Virus record (IMG/VR): IMGVR_UViG_3300050343_000135
Span: 1-64,000 of that record
DNA length: 64,000 bases
Reading direction: 5' to 3' (one strand)
From: a virus
Of the stretch, positions 12,919-25,187 are shown piece by piece. The notes beneath the pieces were generated by a model, which saw nothing but the letters and a program-made list of their open reading frames with translations, was not told the origin of the DNA and did no database searches. Position 1 is the stretch's first letter, and every line of letters begins with the position of its first letter. Position numbers and translations under genes: made by a program.

Positions 12919-14853
12919 TTAACTAAATGTTCCGCCGTCTATTACACTTGTGTATGCTAATGTTCCACCTTGAACAGTTAATATTTGATCCGCTGTTCCA
13001 ACTGGTAATCTATTATAACCAGCATCATTTGTTGTGGCTCCTAGTATTAAATCTCCTTTTCTTGTTTGTGTAATTCCTTTAATATTTAAATCACCAGAAG
13101 CAAGAGCTAAAGTAACATTGTCAATATCTGCTGATAGTGTGTTACCGGACTTAACTATACCGTTTCCTGCTGTTATTTGACCAGCTCCTGAGAATTGTGT
13201 GAATACTAGATCAGTATTTCCTAAATCAATAGCGCTATTAGTTGTTAAAACGTAACCTTGGTCGCCATTTGTTGAACCTTCTTCAATAAATATAAATAAA
13301 CCAGAAGTAACTTTATCATTTGCATTAGCATCTGTTGATCTTGCAGGTGTTCCACCTGAAGCTACTGCTACATAAATACCATTTTCACTTGCATCAGTCT
13401 GATTTTTGAGAAGAACTCTGTCTCCTGCAGTTAGAGATACACCATCAATGGTATCACCGGCTTCTAGTCCTGAAGAACCTGCTGTAAGCACTACGTTAGC
13501 TGTAGAAGCTAAATGTACTGAATCTTTTATATCTAGATTTTGTTTGATTGCATCAACATATTCTTTAGTTACTAAACTATTTGCGTTAAACTGTGATCTG
13601 TCTTTATAACCTGATGGAACTCTTATAACCCCTGTACCATGTGGAGATAATACAATATTGTTATTACCTGAAGATGTGGATACTGTAGAGCCGTTAAGTG
13701 TTAAGTCGTCTACTCCTAAAGAGTTTAATCCTGTTAAATCTGTTGTTGTAGATCCATTAGTTAAAGTACTACCACCTAAAGTAATATTCTTAGTAGAGAC
13801 TGCTCCAGCAGATACTGAGAAGTTTGCTGTTGCAAATGATGCGACACCTTTTGCTGATGTACTTGCGTCTGTTACTGATATAGTAATTGCATTATCACTT
13901 ACAGTTGTATTTATAGGGTTTGTTCCATTGAAAGTTAAAGTTTCGCCAGTACTAATAGTATCATTTGTGCCACTATCTGCTGAAAGTGTTAATGTTGATA
14001 CTACCGTAGCAAATTCTAAATTACCACTACCATCTTGTCTTAAGAATTGACCATTTGAACCTGAGCCGTTTGTTGGGAACGCAAAACCGTCAAGAACAAT
14101 TTGACCATTTCCATTTGGAGTAATATTAATATTACCATTAGTATCTTCGGATGTTAGTGTATTGCCGTCTAATTTTAGATTATCTACAAATAGATCTGCA
14201 TACTTATGTGAAGAAGTACCAAGACCAATACCAGCGTTTGTTGCTGGTCTTAATGAAGTAGTACTTAAATAAAGTTCATCTCCTCCACCTACTTTAAAGT
14301 CTATTCTATCATCTGTATCTGCAGTAATACTTGTATCACCGTCTGCGTCAAGTATTAGTTCTAAACCATTTATGTCTAGTTTTCTGCCTACTAGTATTTT
14401 TTCTACTGTATTGGTTGAATCAAAAGTTAAATAGGTATGCTCTGCTGTTGAGATTGTCATACCCGTAGCAGAATTATCTATAATTTTAAAATCTGTTGCT
14501 TGTGTATCAAGGTTTATTGTACCTGCATTAATATCTAAATGTGCTGCTGCAACAAGATCAATATTCCCACTACCTGCAGTAATAGAATTTCCACCTATTG
14601 TAAGATTTGCTGTTTTGAATTGATCAACTTTATTGCTTGAGTCTGTTGTTATTGCTGAACTTGCTGTTAGTGTTCCTAAAGCATGGTCAAGCATGTTAAC
14701 ATATAAGTCTCCACCAATTGTTGTAACTGTACCATTTGAAGGTGCTCCAATAAATAATTTATTAGAACTTTCTGAATAAGCTAACTCACCAGCGGTTAAC
14801 GAACCTGGTGCCGCGGTGCCTATACTTCTTTTAATTTTAATAGTTTGTGCCAT
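12919..14853 (-). CDS. Tail fibre/virion structural protein
   Basis: Same MAQTIKIKRS...GELAY N-terminus; KEYVD and GDRVLLKNQTDASENGIY motifs; ends IDGGTF. Confidence 0.75.
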   Translation of the reverse strand: MAQTIKIKRSIGTAAPGSLTAGELAYSESSNKLFIGAPSNGTVTTIGGDLYVNMLDHALGTLTASSAITTDSSNKVDQFKTANLTIGGNSITAGSGNIDLVAAAHLDINAGTINLDTQATDFKIIDNSATGMTISTAEHTYLTFDSTNTVEKILVGRKLDINGLELILDADGDTSITADTDDRIDFKVGGGDELYLSTTSLRPATNAGIGLGTSSHKYADLFVDNLKLDGNTLTSEDTNGNINITPNGNGQIVLDGFAFPTNGSGSNGQFLRQDGSGNLEFATVVSTLTLSADSGTNDTISTGETLTFNGTNPINTTVSDNAITISVTDASTSAKGVASFATANFSVSAGAVSTKNITLGGSTLTNGSTTTDLTGLNSLGVDDLTLNGSTVSTSSGNNNIVLSPHGTGVIRVPSGYKDRSQFNANSLVTKEYVDAIKQNLDIKDSVHLASTANVVLTAGSSGLEAGDTIDGVSLTAGDRVLLKNQTDASENGIYVAVASGGTPARSTDANANDKVTSGLFIFIEEGSTNGDQGYVLTTNSAIDLGNTDLVFTQFSGAGQITAGNGIVKSGNTLSADIDNVTLALASGDLNIKGITQTRKGDLILGATTNDAGYNRLPVGTADQILTVQGGTLAYTSVIDGGTFS

Positions 14854-14874
14854 TTTGTTTTCCTATATTGAGAC

Positions 14875-15276
14875 TTAAAAGCCTCCTGCGTCTACCGTGT
14901 CTGAGTCTGATGAATCGTTCCCAATCATTATTGGAACGAAACTATAAGTTCCCGAAGAAGTTTCTCGGTAGATCTTTAACTGATTATCATCAGTATCATA
15001 AAATAAATCACCTTCTTCTAAATTTGCATCTCCTGCTTCCGGAGGAGTTGTTGATACATAAAATTGATCTGCTAGTATTTGTAGTGCGTCTGCAATGTTA
15101 CCTGAACCTGCTAAAGTACCTGTTCCTGAAAATGGAATAGTACTTGCTCCTGAAGCTACTGCAGAACTAATTTCTATTTGAGTTGTTTGTGGCTCTACAT
15201 TAACTGTAATAGTATCTTCATTTACTGTTAGAGCTACAACGTCTTGTGTAGCTTGAATTGTTGTGGCTTTACCCAT
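14875..15276 (-). CDS. Virion structural protein (fibre adaptor-like)
   Basis: EGDLFYDTD motif; ends VDAGGF; coupled to neighbours. Confidence 0.55.
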   Translation of the reverse strand: MGKATTIQATQDVVALTVNEDTITVNVEPQTTQIEISSAVASGASTIPFSGTGTLAGSGNIADALQILADQFYVSTTPPEAGDANLEEGDLFYDTDDNQLKIYRETSSGTYSFVPIMIGNDSSDSDTVDAGGF

Positions 15277-15614
15277 TATCTTGTTACTTCTGGACTAACT
15301 ATTGCAGTCCCTTGAAGTAATCTAGTTACTACTGAATCTCCAGATGTATGAATTTCTACATCATAGAAGTACTTGCTTGGAGTTATTCCCCCCGTTACCG
15401 CTGGAGTCAAGGATATATTTATTTTTCCTTGGGCTGCGTTTGTTACCTGACCTATAAAAGAAGCAGTTAACGTACTTGAAGTAACTGATGGTCGTAGTTG
15501 TCCTCTAACAGAATAGTCTGAAAGGTCTTTTGCGCTCCCACTCTCTTGCACAGTTAAATCCAAGGCAAAACTAGAGCCTTTATCTATAACTATATCGTAT
15601 TTACCTGCTGCCAT
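15276..15614 (-). CDS. BppU-like baseplate/collar Ig-fold protein
   Basis: YDIVIDKGSSF...YFYDVEI...RLLQG..VSPEVTR pattern. Confidence 0.65.
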   Translation of the reverse strand: MAAGKYDIVIDKGSSFALDLTVQESGSAKDLSDYSVRGQLRPSVTSSTLTASFIGQVTNAAQGKINISLTPAVTGGITPSKYFYDVEIHTSGDSVVTRLLQGTAIVSPEVTR

Positions 15615-15635
15615 TATTTCACTCCTATAGCATTA

Positions 15636-15664
15636 ATTATATCAAAATCTTGAGGTGAAGTCAA
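15636..15664 (-). promoter_or_regulatory. Sigma70 promoter for the fibre operon
   Basis: TTGACT-N17-TATAAT on the - strand. Confidence 0.75.
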
Positions 15665-15701
15665 GCATTAAATTTCCGATGTGAATCATATACTGTATCG
15701 G

Positions 15702-16037
15702 TTATGCTTGAAGCTCGTCATCACCAAAAATTGTTAAGGTCATCAGAGCATCTAGACCGTCTTTTGCTGTTGTTCCGGATGCATAAATATTCTGTACCCA
15801 GTTTTGTATGTTTTCGTTTGTTACTTGTTTGGTAGGAATAAAATCACTAATATCCCCATTCATTCTTTGATTTACTTTAAAAGCTACCCATTGTTCAATA
15901 GTTGCTGTTTTTGTATTATCTACAGTATCTATACCTGTGATTTCTACTCGAACATTGTCAATGACGTTAGTATTATTTACAATTCTAGCTCGTAGCTCTT
16001 TATGTGTATATGTATATGTAAAGTTATGTATTGCCAT
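15702..16037 (-). CDS. Hypothetical tail-associated protein
   Basis: 111 aa ORF with SD GGAG; FIPTKQVTNENIQNWV motif. Confidence 0.55.
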   Translation of the reverse strand: MAIHNFTYTYTHKELRARIVNNTNVIDNVRVEITGIDTVDNTKTATIEQWVAFKVNQRMNGDISDFIPTKQVTNENIQNWVQNIYASGTTAKDGLDALMTLTIFGDDELQA

Positions 16038-16048
16038 AATTATTCTCC

Positions 16049-19000
16049 TTAAGGAATATTGCCGTTTGGGGGCGTAGGCGGATTAAATGGTGGATTACTG
16101 CCTCCTGTTGTTGTTATTGTCCATGTATCTGATGTATCACTCACAGTAAATACATGATTTCTAGTTCCTCCACCTGTACTTGAAGCTACTCCTTGTAATT
16201 GTATTGTGTCCCCATTGTTTACTGTTCTAGATGTGCCACTATGCGCTCCACCATTTACACTGAATGTTCCTAGAGATATACTTGCTGTTCCTGATACAAA
16301 AGCACTTCCTGATAATGTTATAGTATTTGATGTCTGTGTACTACCTGCTGTTGCATTTGACACATCTGTAAACGTAAATGGAAGTGGAGTTGATACACCA
16401 AATTTAATAAATCTTCCTTCCACAAAATTCACTTGTCTAGCATTTCCATCTCCTTGCCCGAACATATATAAAGTTACTGTTCCTGTTCCATCATATCTAA
16501 ATGCTAATGGAATATTGCTTGTATCATCGGTTGATGTTAATCTTGATTCTGATACTAATCCAGGCAGTTTTTGTATAAGAGGAGTTTTATAAACTACACC
16601 TGCTGCACTTTCACCTAACTCCGTAGTATCTGCTCCTCCAGTTGTTACTGTAGTATTTACAGTTCCATCACTGAATAAGAAATGAATAGTTTTTACTTGT
16701 CCTGTGCCACCTTTTGCTCTTACAAATCCTTGATAAAATCCTGGTCCTGTGCCTACTTCACATACTTCTGCATATCTTTTAGAGTCATTATTAAAATTAC
16801 CAATAGTAGTTCCGCTAACTGTAGCTCCTGTTGTTGGTAATATTAAATCTTGCACTGCAATAGTATCTGCAGAAATAAGAGCATTTGTTCCTGTAAGTGG
16901 TGTAAGTGTTGGATTAGAAGCTTCACTAGCTTGGTTCTGATGTGGTACACCAGTTGTAGCATCCCAATATACAGAGTTAACTTTTACTACACTTAATCCT
17001 GAGAAAGTTTTAATTGCTGTAGTTCTTTCTGCATTTGTATCAACTGTAGTATCAAAACCAATTACTACATAAGGAGCATCTGCTCCCGGACTACCTGTAA
17101 CACCTTTAATACCGGTTTGTCCAATATCACCTTTGTCTCCTGGAGCACCTGGGCCACCTGTAACACCTTTAGGTCCTTGAGGACCTTGTAGTCCTTTTGG
17201 CCCTGTAGCTCCTAGTCTCACCTTTGTCTCCTGTAGCACCTGGTCCGCCTGTAGCTCCTTTAGCTCCTCCGTCTCCTGGTCCACCTTTCTCTCCTGTAGC
17301 ACCTGGTCCGCCTGTAGCTACCTTTAGCTCCTCCGGCTCCTGGTCCACCTTTCTCTCCGGGGGAACCTGGTACGCCTGTTTCACCTTTAGGGCCTCCCTC
17401 TCCTGGTCCGCCTTTATCCCCTGTAGCACCTGGTCCGCCTGTAGCACCTTTTGATCCTCCGGCTCCTGGTTGACCTTTGGCACCTGCAGCACCTGGTCCG
17501 CCTGTAGTACCTTTAGCTCCTCCTTCTCCTGGTCCGCCTTTCTCACCTATAACACCTGGTCCGCCTGTAGCACCTTTTGGTCCTCCGGCTCCTGTTTCAC
17601 CTTTATCTCCTGTAGCTCCTGGTCCGCCTGTAGCACCTTTAGGTCCTGCCTGTCCTATAACACCTTTAGGGCCCGTAGCACCTGTTTCACCTTTAGCACC
17701 TGCAGCACCTGGGCCGCCTGTAGTACCTGGTTGACCTTTCGGTCCTGTTTCTCCCTTTTCCCCTTGTAAATACTCACTTACTGTCCATTCTGTTCTAGGA
17801 GATTGGTCAAATGCTGGAGTAACTGCGGAAGCGACAAAGTACCAATTTGATAAAGCTGCTGCTTCTGTATACCAATCTGTAACTGTTCCATCTTTTTGAG
17901 TTAATCTAAATAAATTACTTATAGCACTAGAACCTCCGTCCATGTCTGGAGCTAATGGTTTACTTGTTGTAGTTACAGCAGCATTACTATTTAATACATC
18001 ATTGTTTAGTCCATCATAGTATATTAAAAAGACTTCATCTCCAGGCTCTCCTTTAACTCCGGTACCCCCTTGAATACCTACAAGTCCTTTAATTCCTTTA
18101 AGTCCTTTATCACCGGTAGCACCTGGTCCTCCTGTTGGCCCCGGTCCACCTACTTCACCTTTTGGTCCTGCGGCACCTGGTCCGCCTATAACACCTTTAG
18201 GTCCTACCTCACCTACAGTACCTTTAGGACCGAAATCTCCTGTGAGTCCTTTAGGCCCTGCAGCACCTGCGTCACCTACGGATACCTTTAGGACCGAACT
18301 CTCCTGTAGCACCTTTAGCACCTGGAGCACCTGCGTCACCTACGGTACCTTTAGGACCGAAATCTCCCGTGAGTCCTTTTGGCCCTGTAGCACCTGCGTC
18401 ACCTACGGCACCTTTAGGACCGAAATCTCCTGTGAGTCCTTTTGGCCCTGTAGCACCTGCGTCACCTACGATACCTTTAGGACCGAAATTTCCTTTGAGT
18501 CCTTTATCTCCGGGTCCGCCTTTGGCTCCTGTGTCCCCTACTATTCCTTGTGGCCCTGTAGCACCTTTAAGTCCTTTATCACCGGCAGCACCTGGTCCTC
18601 CTGTAACACCTTTAGAACCTACAGCACCTTTAGGCCCTGTTTCACCCGCGCCACCTTTAGCCCCTTTATCTCCGGTAGATCCACCCTCACCTTTCTGGCC
18701 TGTAACACCTGTGTCACCTTTTATTCCTATTCCGCCCTTAGGTCCGGATGGGCCTTGATCACCTTTCTCCCCTCCAGCAGATACGTATAATTCTTCTATA
18801 CTATATGTACCACTAGCTAGTTTTATCTTAGCGAGTATTGCATCATTAGTAAAATCAGGTATAAAAGCTTGTACTTTTAAAGATGAACTAAAAGGTCTTT
18901 GTACTATTTGTTCCAAATATACTAAAGTATTAGATTCTATAGATCTTACTCTAGCAAACGATTCGTAAACTGAAAAAGTTAAAGTTGTACCACTTGCAAT

Positions 19001-22000
19001 AGTTTGTTTATTTCCTAGAGTTAATGCAGTTCCATTAATGGCTTCTACATATGTAACTCCGCTGATACCTGTTCCTGTAACTGTTTGTCCTACAGAAATA
19101 TTTGAATTTGTTCCAGAAAGTGTTACTGATTTACTTTCTGTGATTGCTCCACTAGTTGCTTGAGTGGTATTTGAGCCATTTGTTATCTGTATTAAATTAC
19201 CTACACTTAATTCTGTAGTGAATGAAGTACCTGTACCATCTACTTGGTTAGAAAATCTTTCTATAATAATAGTTCCTGAAGTAGAAGATAATCCATTAGT
19301 AGATGTAGAGATATCTGCAAAATAACTTACGGGAGGAACTGAATCTGTCTGATTAATAATTTTTAATGCTTTTAATTTATCAGCACTTTCACTAGAGTCA
19401 AAAAGCAAATAAGCTTCGGTTCCCATTCCACTGAAGTCTTGTTTATATGTAGCTTCAGTAGTAGACGTGTTTGTAAAAGTAACACCATTAGGGTTTGTAA
19501 AAGAATAATTGTTTGAACTAAATTCTAAAACTGATCCAGTTACTAGAAGATTTCTACTTGATGTTCCCCCTTGAGGTACTAATTCAGTTCTAGAAACACC
19601 TGGAGTGACAAGTTCTGATTCTGCTATTTCAATATCTCTCTTAATAAATTGAGACACAGATCCTATTGCTGTTCTTGTTCTTAGCCTTACATTGTAGACA
19701 CCCGCAGAAATATTATCAATTGTAAAACTTTGATTTACACTGTTGACAAGTTCTGTAGTTTCATCTCCATTAAAAGTATGTACGATTTCAAAGCCATTTG
19801 CAAACTTATATTTACTTCCATCTGCATTTAAAGGGTAATCCCAGCTAAGAGTAGCTTTATTACCTGTAATAACTCCAGAAGTATCTGTAGATGACGTACT
19901 ATCACTTGAGTCCATAGGTTCTACTGTAATAACTAGGTTTTTAGGTGCGGGAACTACATCATCTGGATCCGCAGACTCTTTTGTTGGTCTAGTCTCCAAT
20001 GCATACCCTCTTTCTATTTCTGTGAATTTTTCTCTGTGATATTCTGTTGCTACAATGCCAAACTTACCTTCATCCTCTTTTATTGCAACAATTTTATATT
20101 CTTTTATTGTTCCAACTTTTTGAGTTCCATCTGTGTTGTATAACTTTAATGCCCATATTGTTTCAGTATCTGGAGCACTTGTAAAAGCAGAACTAACTGT
20201 TAAAGAAGATACATTGCCTGCTGAAGTTGTAATTGTTTGAATTTCTGTTGTAAATTCTTCTGTCCACTCTAAGTTGGCCTCTTCATTTACTGCTGCAGTT
20301 GAGGAACTAATTGAAGTAACTAAATCTCCTTTTACGTAGTCTACTCCTCCAATAGTTGCAAAGTCATCTATAAGATACGCACCTCCTTTTGGGTACATTA
20401 AAACTAACTCAGGTGGAAAATCAGAAGTATACGCAGGTAAACTAATTGTTCTATCTAAAGGAATGACTGTTGTTGATCTTGTTCCTGTATTTGAAACTCT
20501 ACCTGCATATGAAACTCTGTCTCTATCTGCATCTTGAATAGCTATAACTTGTCCTGGGAGTAATCCTATTGCATTTTGACCTGTTTCAAAACTTACTGTT
20601 TCTTTTTCATTTTTCTCAGAGAGAAGTTTCCATTTACCCATTCTATGGGCTTGGCCTCTAGAGGTACACGCAAAAGCAAGAGACTCTGACCTTATAATTC
20701 TTCCTGTTTCTGCAATACTTTCATAATCTTCTACATATTCAGTAGATTGTCTATAATTATCTTCTGGGTCATTCCATGTTACTTTTACTTGATTTGTTCT
20801 TACTCTATCGCCTGTTCCTTCATAAGTAAATTGACCATCAATAATATTAGCTTTTGAAAATAGTGCTACTGGTTGTTTTGGCTGGTCTGCTGTTGCTGTA
20901 AACTCTCCATTTGCCCAGAGACCCATTCCATGAAATACAGAAGCAAGTTGCTTTAATACATTAGTAGCTTCTCCAGCTTCTGAAAAGTAAATATTACAAG
21001 TGAATCTAGGCTCTGTGCCTCCATTTCCATCTGGAATTTCTTCATCACAATACTTAGCAAGTCTAAAAAGTTCATACTTATCTATATTGGTTTTATCTAC
21101 AAATTGACCCATTCCATAACGATTATTTGTAAGCATATCATACATAATCCACACAGGATTATCACAGAATACTTTTCCGTGATTTATTGAAGCTTGGTTA
21201 AAAGTTTGTATATCTCCTCTAAAATTTCCATCCCAGTTTTGATATGAACTTTCTGTTGCTCCTGAAGTAATATTTCTTGTATATGCTGCTGCTCCACCTG
21301 TTTCTTCTCTAGTACGGTAATTAGTAGGGACTTGTATTTTTACTCCCTTTAAAGCAAAAGCACGGGTAGGTACTGCACCCTCATAATCTTTTGCATTGAA
21401 AGAAGTAAAAGTGTATGCAGTATGTGGATATGTAAGTTTATCTTTTATTATGCTTTCTACAGTTGTTAATGTACAAGAGTTGTTATGTTGAAAACTACCA
21501 TCTTTAAAATTTAAATCATTTATTCTTCTTATACGAATTCTAAAATCATCAAAAGGTTGAAACTCTTCAGTATTTATTACAAACTCTTCTACAAATGCTG
21601 CATACTGAGCTTTAGAAGGTTTAATATATCCATTATTTGGTAAATCTGACATACTTCTAGCAAAAATATGCAATCCTCTAGATCTTGTTAAAATATCATT
21701 ATTACTTGGACCAAAAGCAAGTTCTGATGTATAGCTAGACCCTCCATCAGTAGAATACTCAAAGAATATTTGTAGCTCTACAAAAGAAGGTCCTTTTGCG
21801 CCAGAAGAGCTTTTTATTGCATGACATGAAGGTAAGTTAAAAGTTAAATGTACTTCATCTATTTCTGAAGGGTTTGATACCTCTAAGAATGCTGAAGTCA
21901 TAAGAGTATCAGCAGAGGTTCCTTCAAGTTGAGAAGGTTCATCTAAGTCGTTATTATAGGCATTTACTAGGTTGCCTGTTGTATCTATATTTGCACGAAG

Positions 22001-22837
22001 ATTGTTTTGTTCGAGTTCTATATTTGGACTAGCGATAATTGAAGCCTGTCCAAAAGAAGTGTTCATACTAATTGGTGGTTGGTTTAATGTTCCTGTATTT
22101 AATGCAAATTGTAAGTTTTCAATGTTAAATAGGTTTTTTAATCTATCATCTGTTGTAATAGCACCTGTTAATACCCCTGCTGCATTTGTTAAAGTAACTC
22201 CTGGAGCAACACTTAAAGTTGCATTATTACCAGAAACACTTGATACTTTAGATACATGGTCAGTAAATATGTCTACATTACTTACAGTAGTTGCAACTAA
22301 ATCTTCTATAGTAATTTCTGTTGCACTAACAAAAGTACCTACAGTTACTAAATCAGTTCCATTTGCTCCTGCTCCTGCTAGTGTTATATACCCTTTTATT
22401 GGTTTTGATCTTAAATCGCCTAAAAGACTTGAAGTGAAAAAACTAGAAGATGTAGTTATTGTGTTGGAATCTTTAGTTGCACTTGCTATACCCGTTCCTT
22501 TTTTACCTGCTTTTTCAAGCAAAACATAACGAATACCTAAGCTTAATCCAGTTGCATTATTATTACTTAATGCACCTATAGTTCCAAACACAGAACTAGA
22601 TATAGTTGTATTATTTGCAGTAGTATTTAAAACAAGATTCCTGTTTTTTACAATTTCATTTGCAAGGGAGTCAATAATTGGAACATCATTTATGTATACA
22701 GAAGCAAATCCATCTGCTAATCCTTCAATCTCTCCTTCGGAAAGAATATCGTAAGCAGCTGCAATCTGTGTTTTATTTGGAGTTGATCTATCTCCTTGTG
22801 TTTTTGTCCCGAAGGGTTTACTAGTATATTTTGCCAT
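16049..22837 (-). CDS. Tip attachment/central fibre protein J with collagen extension (indels ~18281, ~17320, ~17215)
   Basis: [49 protein letters not shown] and [14 protein letters not shown] are lambda gpJ-type motifs; three ORFs join through the Gly-X-Y register. Confidence 0.85.
18221..18536. repeat. 63-bp tandem repeat (5 units) in the collagen part of J
   Basis: CCTTTAGGACCGAA starts at 18221, 18285, 18348, 18411 and 18474 (spacings 64, 63, 63, 63). Confidence 0.85.
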
Positions 22838-23679
22838 TATCTTTGATGCGTTGCTCCTGTTCGTCTTCTTGATCCGCCACCTGTTGTTGTTCCATTAGAC
22901 CCGCCGTAATATGTACTTGAAACTGAAGATGAGCTATAATTTAATGCGGCTCCTTTTAATTGTCCAGTTTGAAAACCCTGACTGACAGGAGTTCCACCTA
23001 TTTTTAGTGTACCATATAATACTGGCACAGGTTGTCCTTGTTCTAAGTTGTTGTCTGCTCCATTAAAAAGAAAGGAAGGATCTGATGTCATATCTCCAGC
23101 ATCTGGAGCTGACATCTCTGTTATACCTGCTATTGCTAAATTTGCCCCTAACATCATCACCATTGCACCCGGTACTGTTAAACTTACAGATAATCCGGCA
23201 GCCATAGCTTGTGATGCACTTAATCCTGTAACCGTTCCAGCACTTGCGCCTGCTATACTAAGAGTTCCACCTGCCCCCATTCCTGCAAATCCGGCTGCAG
23301 ATATACCTCCACTAGCTGTTAGTCCTCCACTAGCTGAAAACATTCCTCCCATTCCGGGCATAAAAAACATTGCCGCTAACATTAGTAGTCCTGTTAATAA
23401 TTTTCCAAGACCTTTTCCTGACCCTGCTGGTACAGGGGATATAATTACAGTATCTTTTAAGTTATTTAATCCGAGTTCATCTATGTCTGCATCTATAAAA
23501 TCTTCTCCATTCTGTATAGTAAATGCAATATTTTTATCATGGCACTCTGCTATATATTCTTTAAACCCGTCTACTTGACAGTCAATAAGTTTTAAAATCT
23601 CACGCACGGAGTTACCTGCACACTGCCATTCAGTACCAAAGTTGTCTCCTAACTCTCCTAATAATTTAACGTGGGTCAT
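22837..23679 (-). CDS. Tail assembly protein I
   Basis: VKLLGELGDNFG N-terminus, hydrophobic Gly-rich middle, QGQPVPVLYG. Confidence 0.85.
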   Translation of the reverse strand: MTHVKLLGELGDNFGTEWQCAGNSVREILKLIDCQVDGFKEYIAECHDKNIAFTIQNGEDFIDADIDELGLNNLKDTVIISPVPAGSGKGLGKLLTGLLMLAAMFFMPGMGGMFSASGGLTASGGISAAGFAGMGAGGTLSIAGASAGTVTGLSASQAMAAGLSVSLTVPGAMVMMLGANLAIAGITEMSAPDAGDMTSDPSFLFNGADNNLEQGQPVPVLYGTLKIGGTPVSQGFQTGQLKGAALNYSSSSVSSTYYGGSNGTTTGGGSRRRTGATHQR

Positions 23680-24052
23680 AAATAAATTCCTTTTTGTCTG
23701 GGTAAGATACTATTAAGTATGGAATACCTAATGCCTTACAGTTGTTTTTGTCATGCTCACTTGGATAACAATCTTGATCATAGTGACTATGGACTACATA
23801 TAATATTTTTGATTTAATTGAATACTTAACGTATTCTTTTGGGTCTATTGTAAAGTGGTCTTTCTCTCCACTTATATTTTCTAGTGGAATAAATTTTGGA
23901 TTTTCTTTATCAATAATTAATCCACATCCTTCTCTTGGAGCTTCGATAGCCATATGACTATATATTTCAGGTAATAGTCTACTTAAACTTTCTTGCACCG
24001 GGGAAGCCTCCAAAGGGTAAGGGTCTAGTTGTAACTTTAGTTGCTTTTCCAC
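23666..24052 (-). CDS. Tail assembly protein K (JAB/MPN domain only; true start probably ~23986)
   Basis: APREGCGLI...VVHSH...PSEHD metal motif; position between L and I. Confidence 0.8.
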   Translation of the reverse strand: MEKQLKLQLDPYPLEASPVQESLSRLLPEIYSHMAIEAPREGCGLIIDKENPKFIPLENISGEKDHFTIDPKEYVKYSIKSKILYVVHSHYDQDCYPSEHDKNNCKALGIPYLIVSYPDKKEFIYDPR

Positions 24053-25187
24053 GACTTGAAGCTGTTCCTAGATTTATAGGATTAAATCCATATCTACACT
24101 GACATGAAGAAAGTCTTTTTCCACATAGATCACCTCTTTTCCAATATTTTCCAAACTCTTGTGCATTATTGGTATGAGTTATCTTTGCTTGCCATAAAAA
24201 TTCTGTGCCTGATGTTGGTTTCGCATAGTCATTTAATTTGTCATTAGTATAAGCATAATATGTAGCACTAGTTGAATAATTATTGTGTATTCTTACTCTT
24301 GCCCAATCTGAGTGATCATCCTGTGGAGTCACACTAGTGTTTCTTGTTGCTTGCCAGTAATTGTTTATAGTAGAGTTATCTGCCCCAGTATCAATTGTAC
24401 CATCTGCTTTATATCTTCTAACTCCACTGGAAGTTCCTAATGTGGTTGTAGTTTTATAATAACTATCTTTAGTTCCGCTTCCTGCCCAAGCTGTAAATCC
24501 TGCATCACCATTAACAACATACTCATCATCTGAATTTACATATACTTGATATGCTGTACCACTTACTATAAACTTACTCTCACTATGCCAAGTACACCCA
24601 CCTCTTTTGTTTTCTTCTGTTTTTTCTGGGCTTGCTCCCTGATATTGCCAAGGACAAGCATTGTGTCCAACTACACGGTACGGAAGAACTAAGCCTTCAG
24701 TATTAAATGGACTTGTCAGTTCAAAAGCAATAGTTAAAGAGTCTTCTTGTTCAACTCTATCTACTACCCACATCTGTCTTGGGAACTCTACTGGAGCAAC
24801 TCCTGAAGCTGTTTCTGAGGCCTCTCCTACTAAGTATTTTTGTAAGGTTCTTCGTCTGTATATTTTCTTTCCTATTAAATCTTGAAATGTTAGAGGAGAG
24901 ATTGCATTTTCAAAGTCTGTTAAAATGTTTGCAATCGTTAATACGGGTCTGGCTGATACTCCTTTTGTTGTTATATCGATTCCTTCTATTTCTAATGGAA
25001 TAGGTATATAGGTATTTTTCTGAGTATGTGTATCATAGTCATAAAGCTCTATACTTTGAAGATTGCCATCAGGAGCCTTTGTAATATAAGCTTTAGCATT
25101 ATTATTTAATTCAATTTCATAAAGGTCTACAATCCCGGAAGGTTGTTCTAGTTTTTGAACTTCTTTTATTGGTATTCTTTCTCCCAT
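23979..25187 (-). CDS. Minor tail tip protein L (Fe-S-binding family)
   Basis: CPWQY..GGC and CGKRLSSC..RYG...LPFGGFPG. Confidence 0.85.
   Translation of the reverse strand: MGERIPIKEVQKLEQPSGIVDLYEIELNNNAKAYITKAPDGNLQSIELYDYDTHTQKNTYIPIPLEIEGIDITTKGVSARPVLTIANILTDFENAISPLTFQDLIGKKIYRRRTLQKYLVGEASETASGVAPVEFPRQMWVVDRVEQEDSLTIAFELTSPFNTEGLVLPYRVVGHNACPWQYQGASPEKTEENKRGGCTWHSESKFIVSGTAYQVYVNSDDEYVVNGDAGFTAWAGSGTKDSYYKTTTTLGTSSGVRRYKADGTIDTGADNSTINNYWQATRNTSVTPQDDHSDWARVRIHNNYSTSATYYAYTNDKLNDYAKPTSGTEFLWQAKITHTNNAQEFGKYWKRGDLCGKRLSSCQCRYGFNPINLGTASSRGKATKVTTRPLPFGGFPGARKFK

Noticed and set aside
17100-18780. Periodic repeats as a CRISPR array
   Set aside because: They are coding Gly-X-Y repeats in multiples of 9 nt, with no unique spacers and no cas genes.
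10300-23578. + strand ORFs rich in Pro/Cys/Ser/Thr, and VLKVLQ-type alternate-frame ORFs
   Set aside because: Antisense or shifted-frame shadows of the collagen and tail genes; no SD or promoter.
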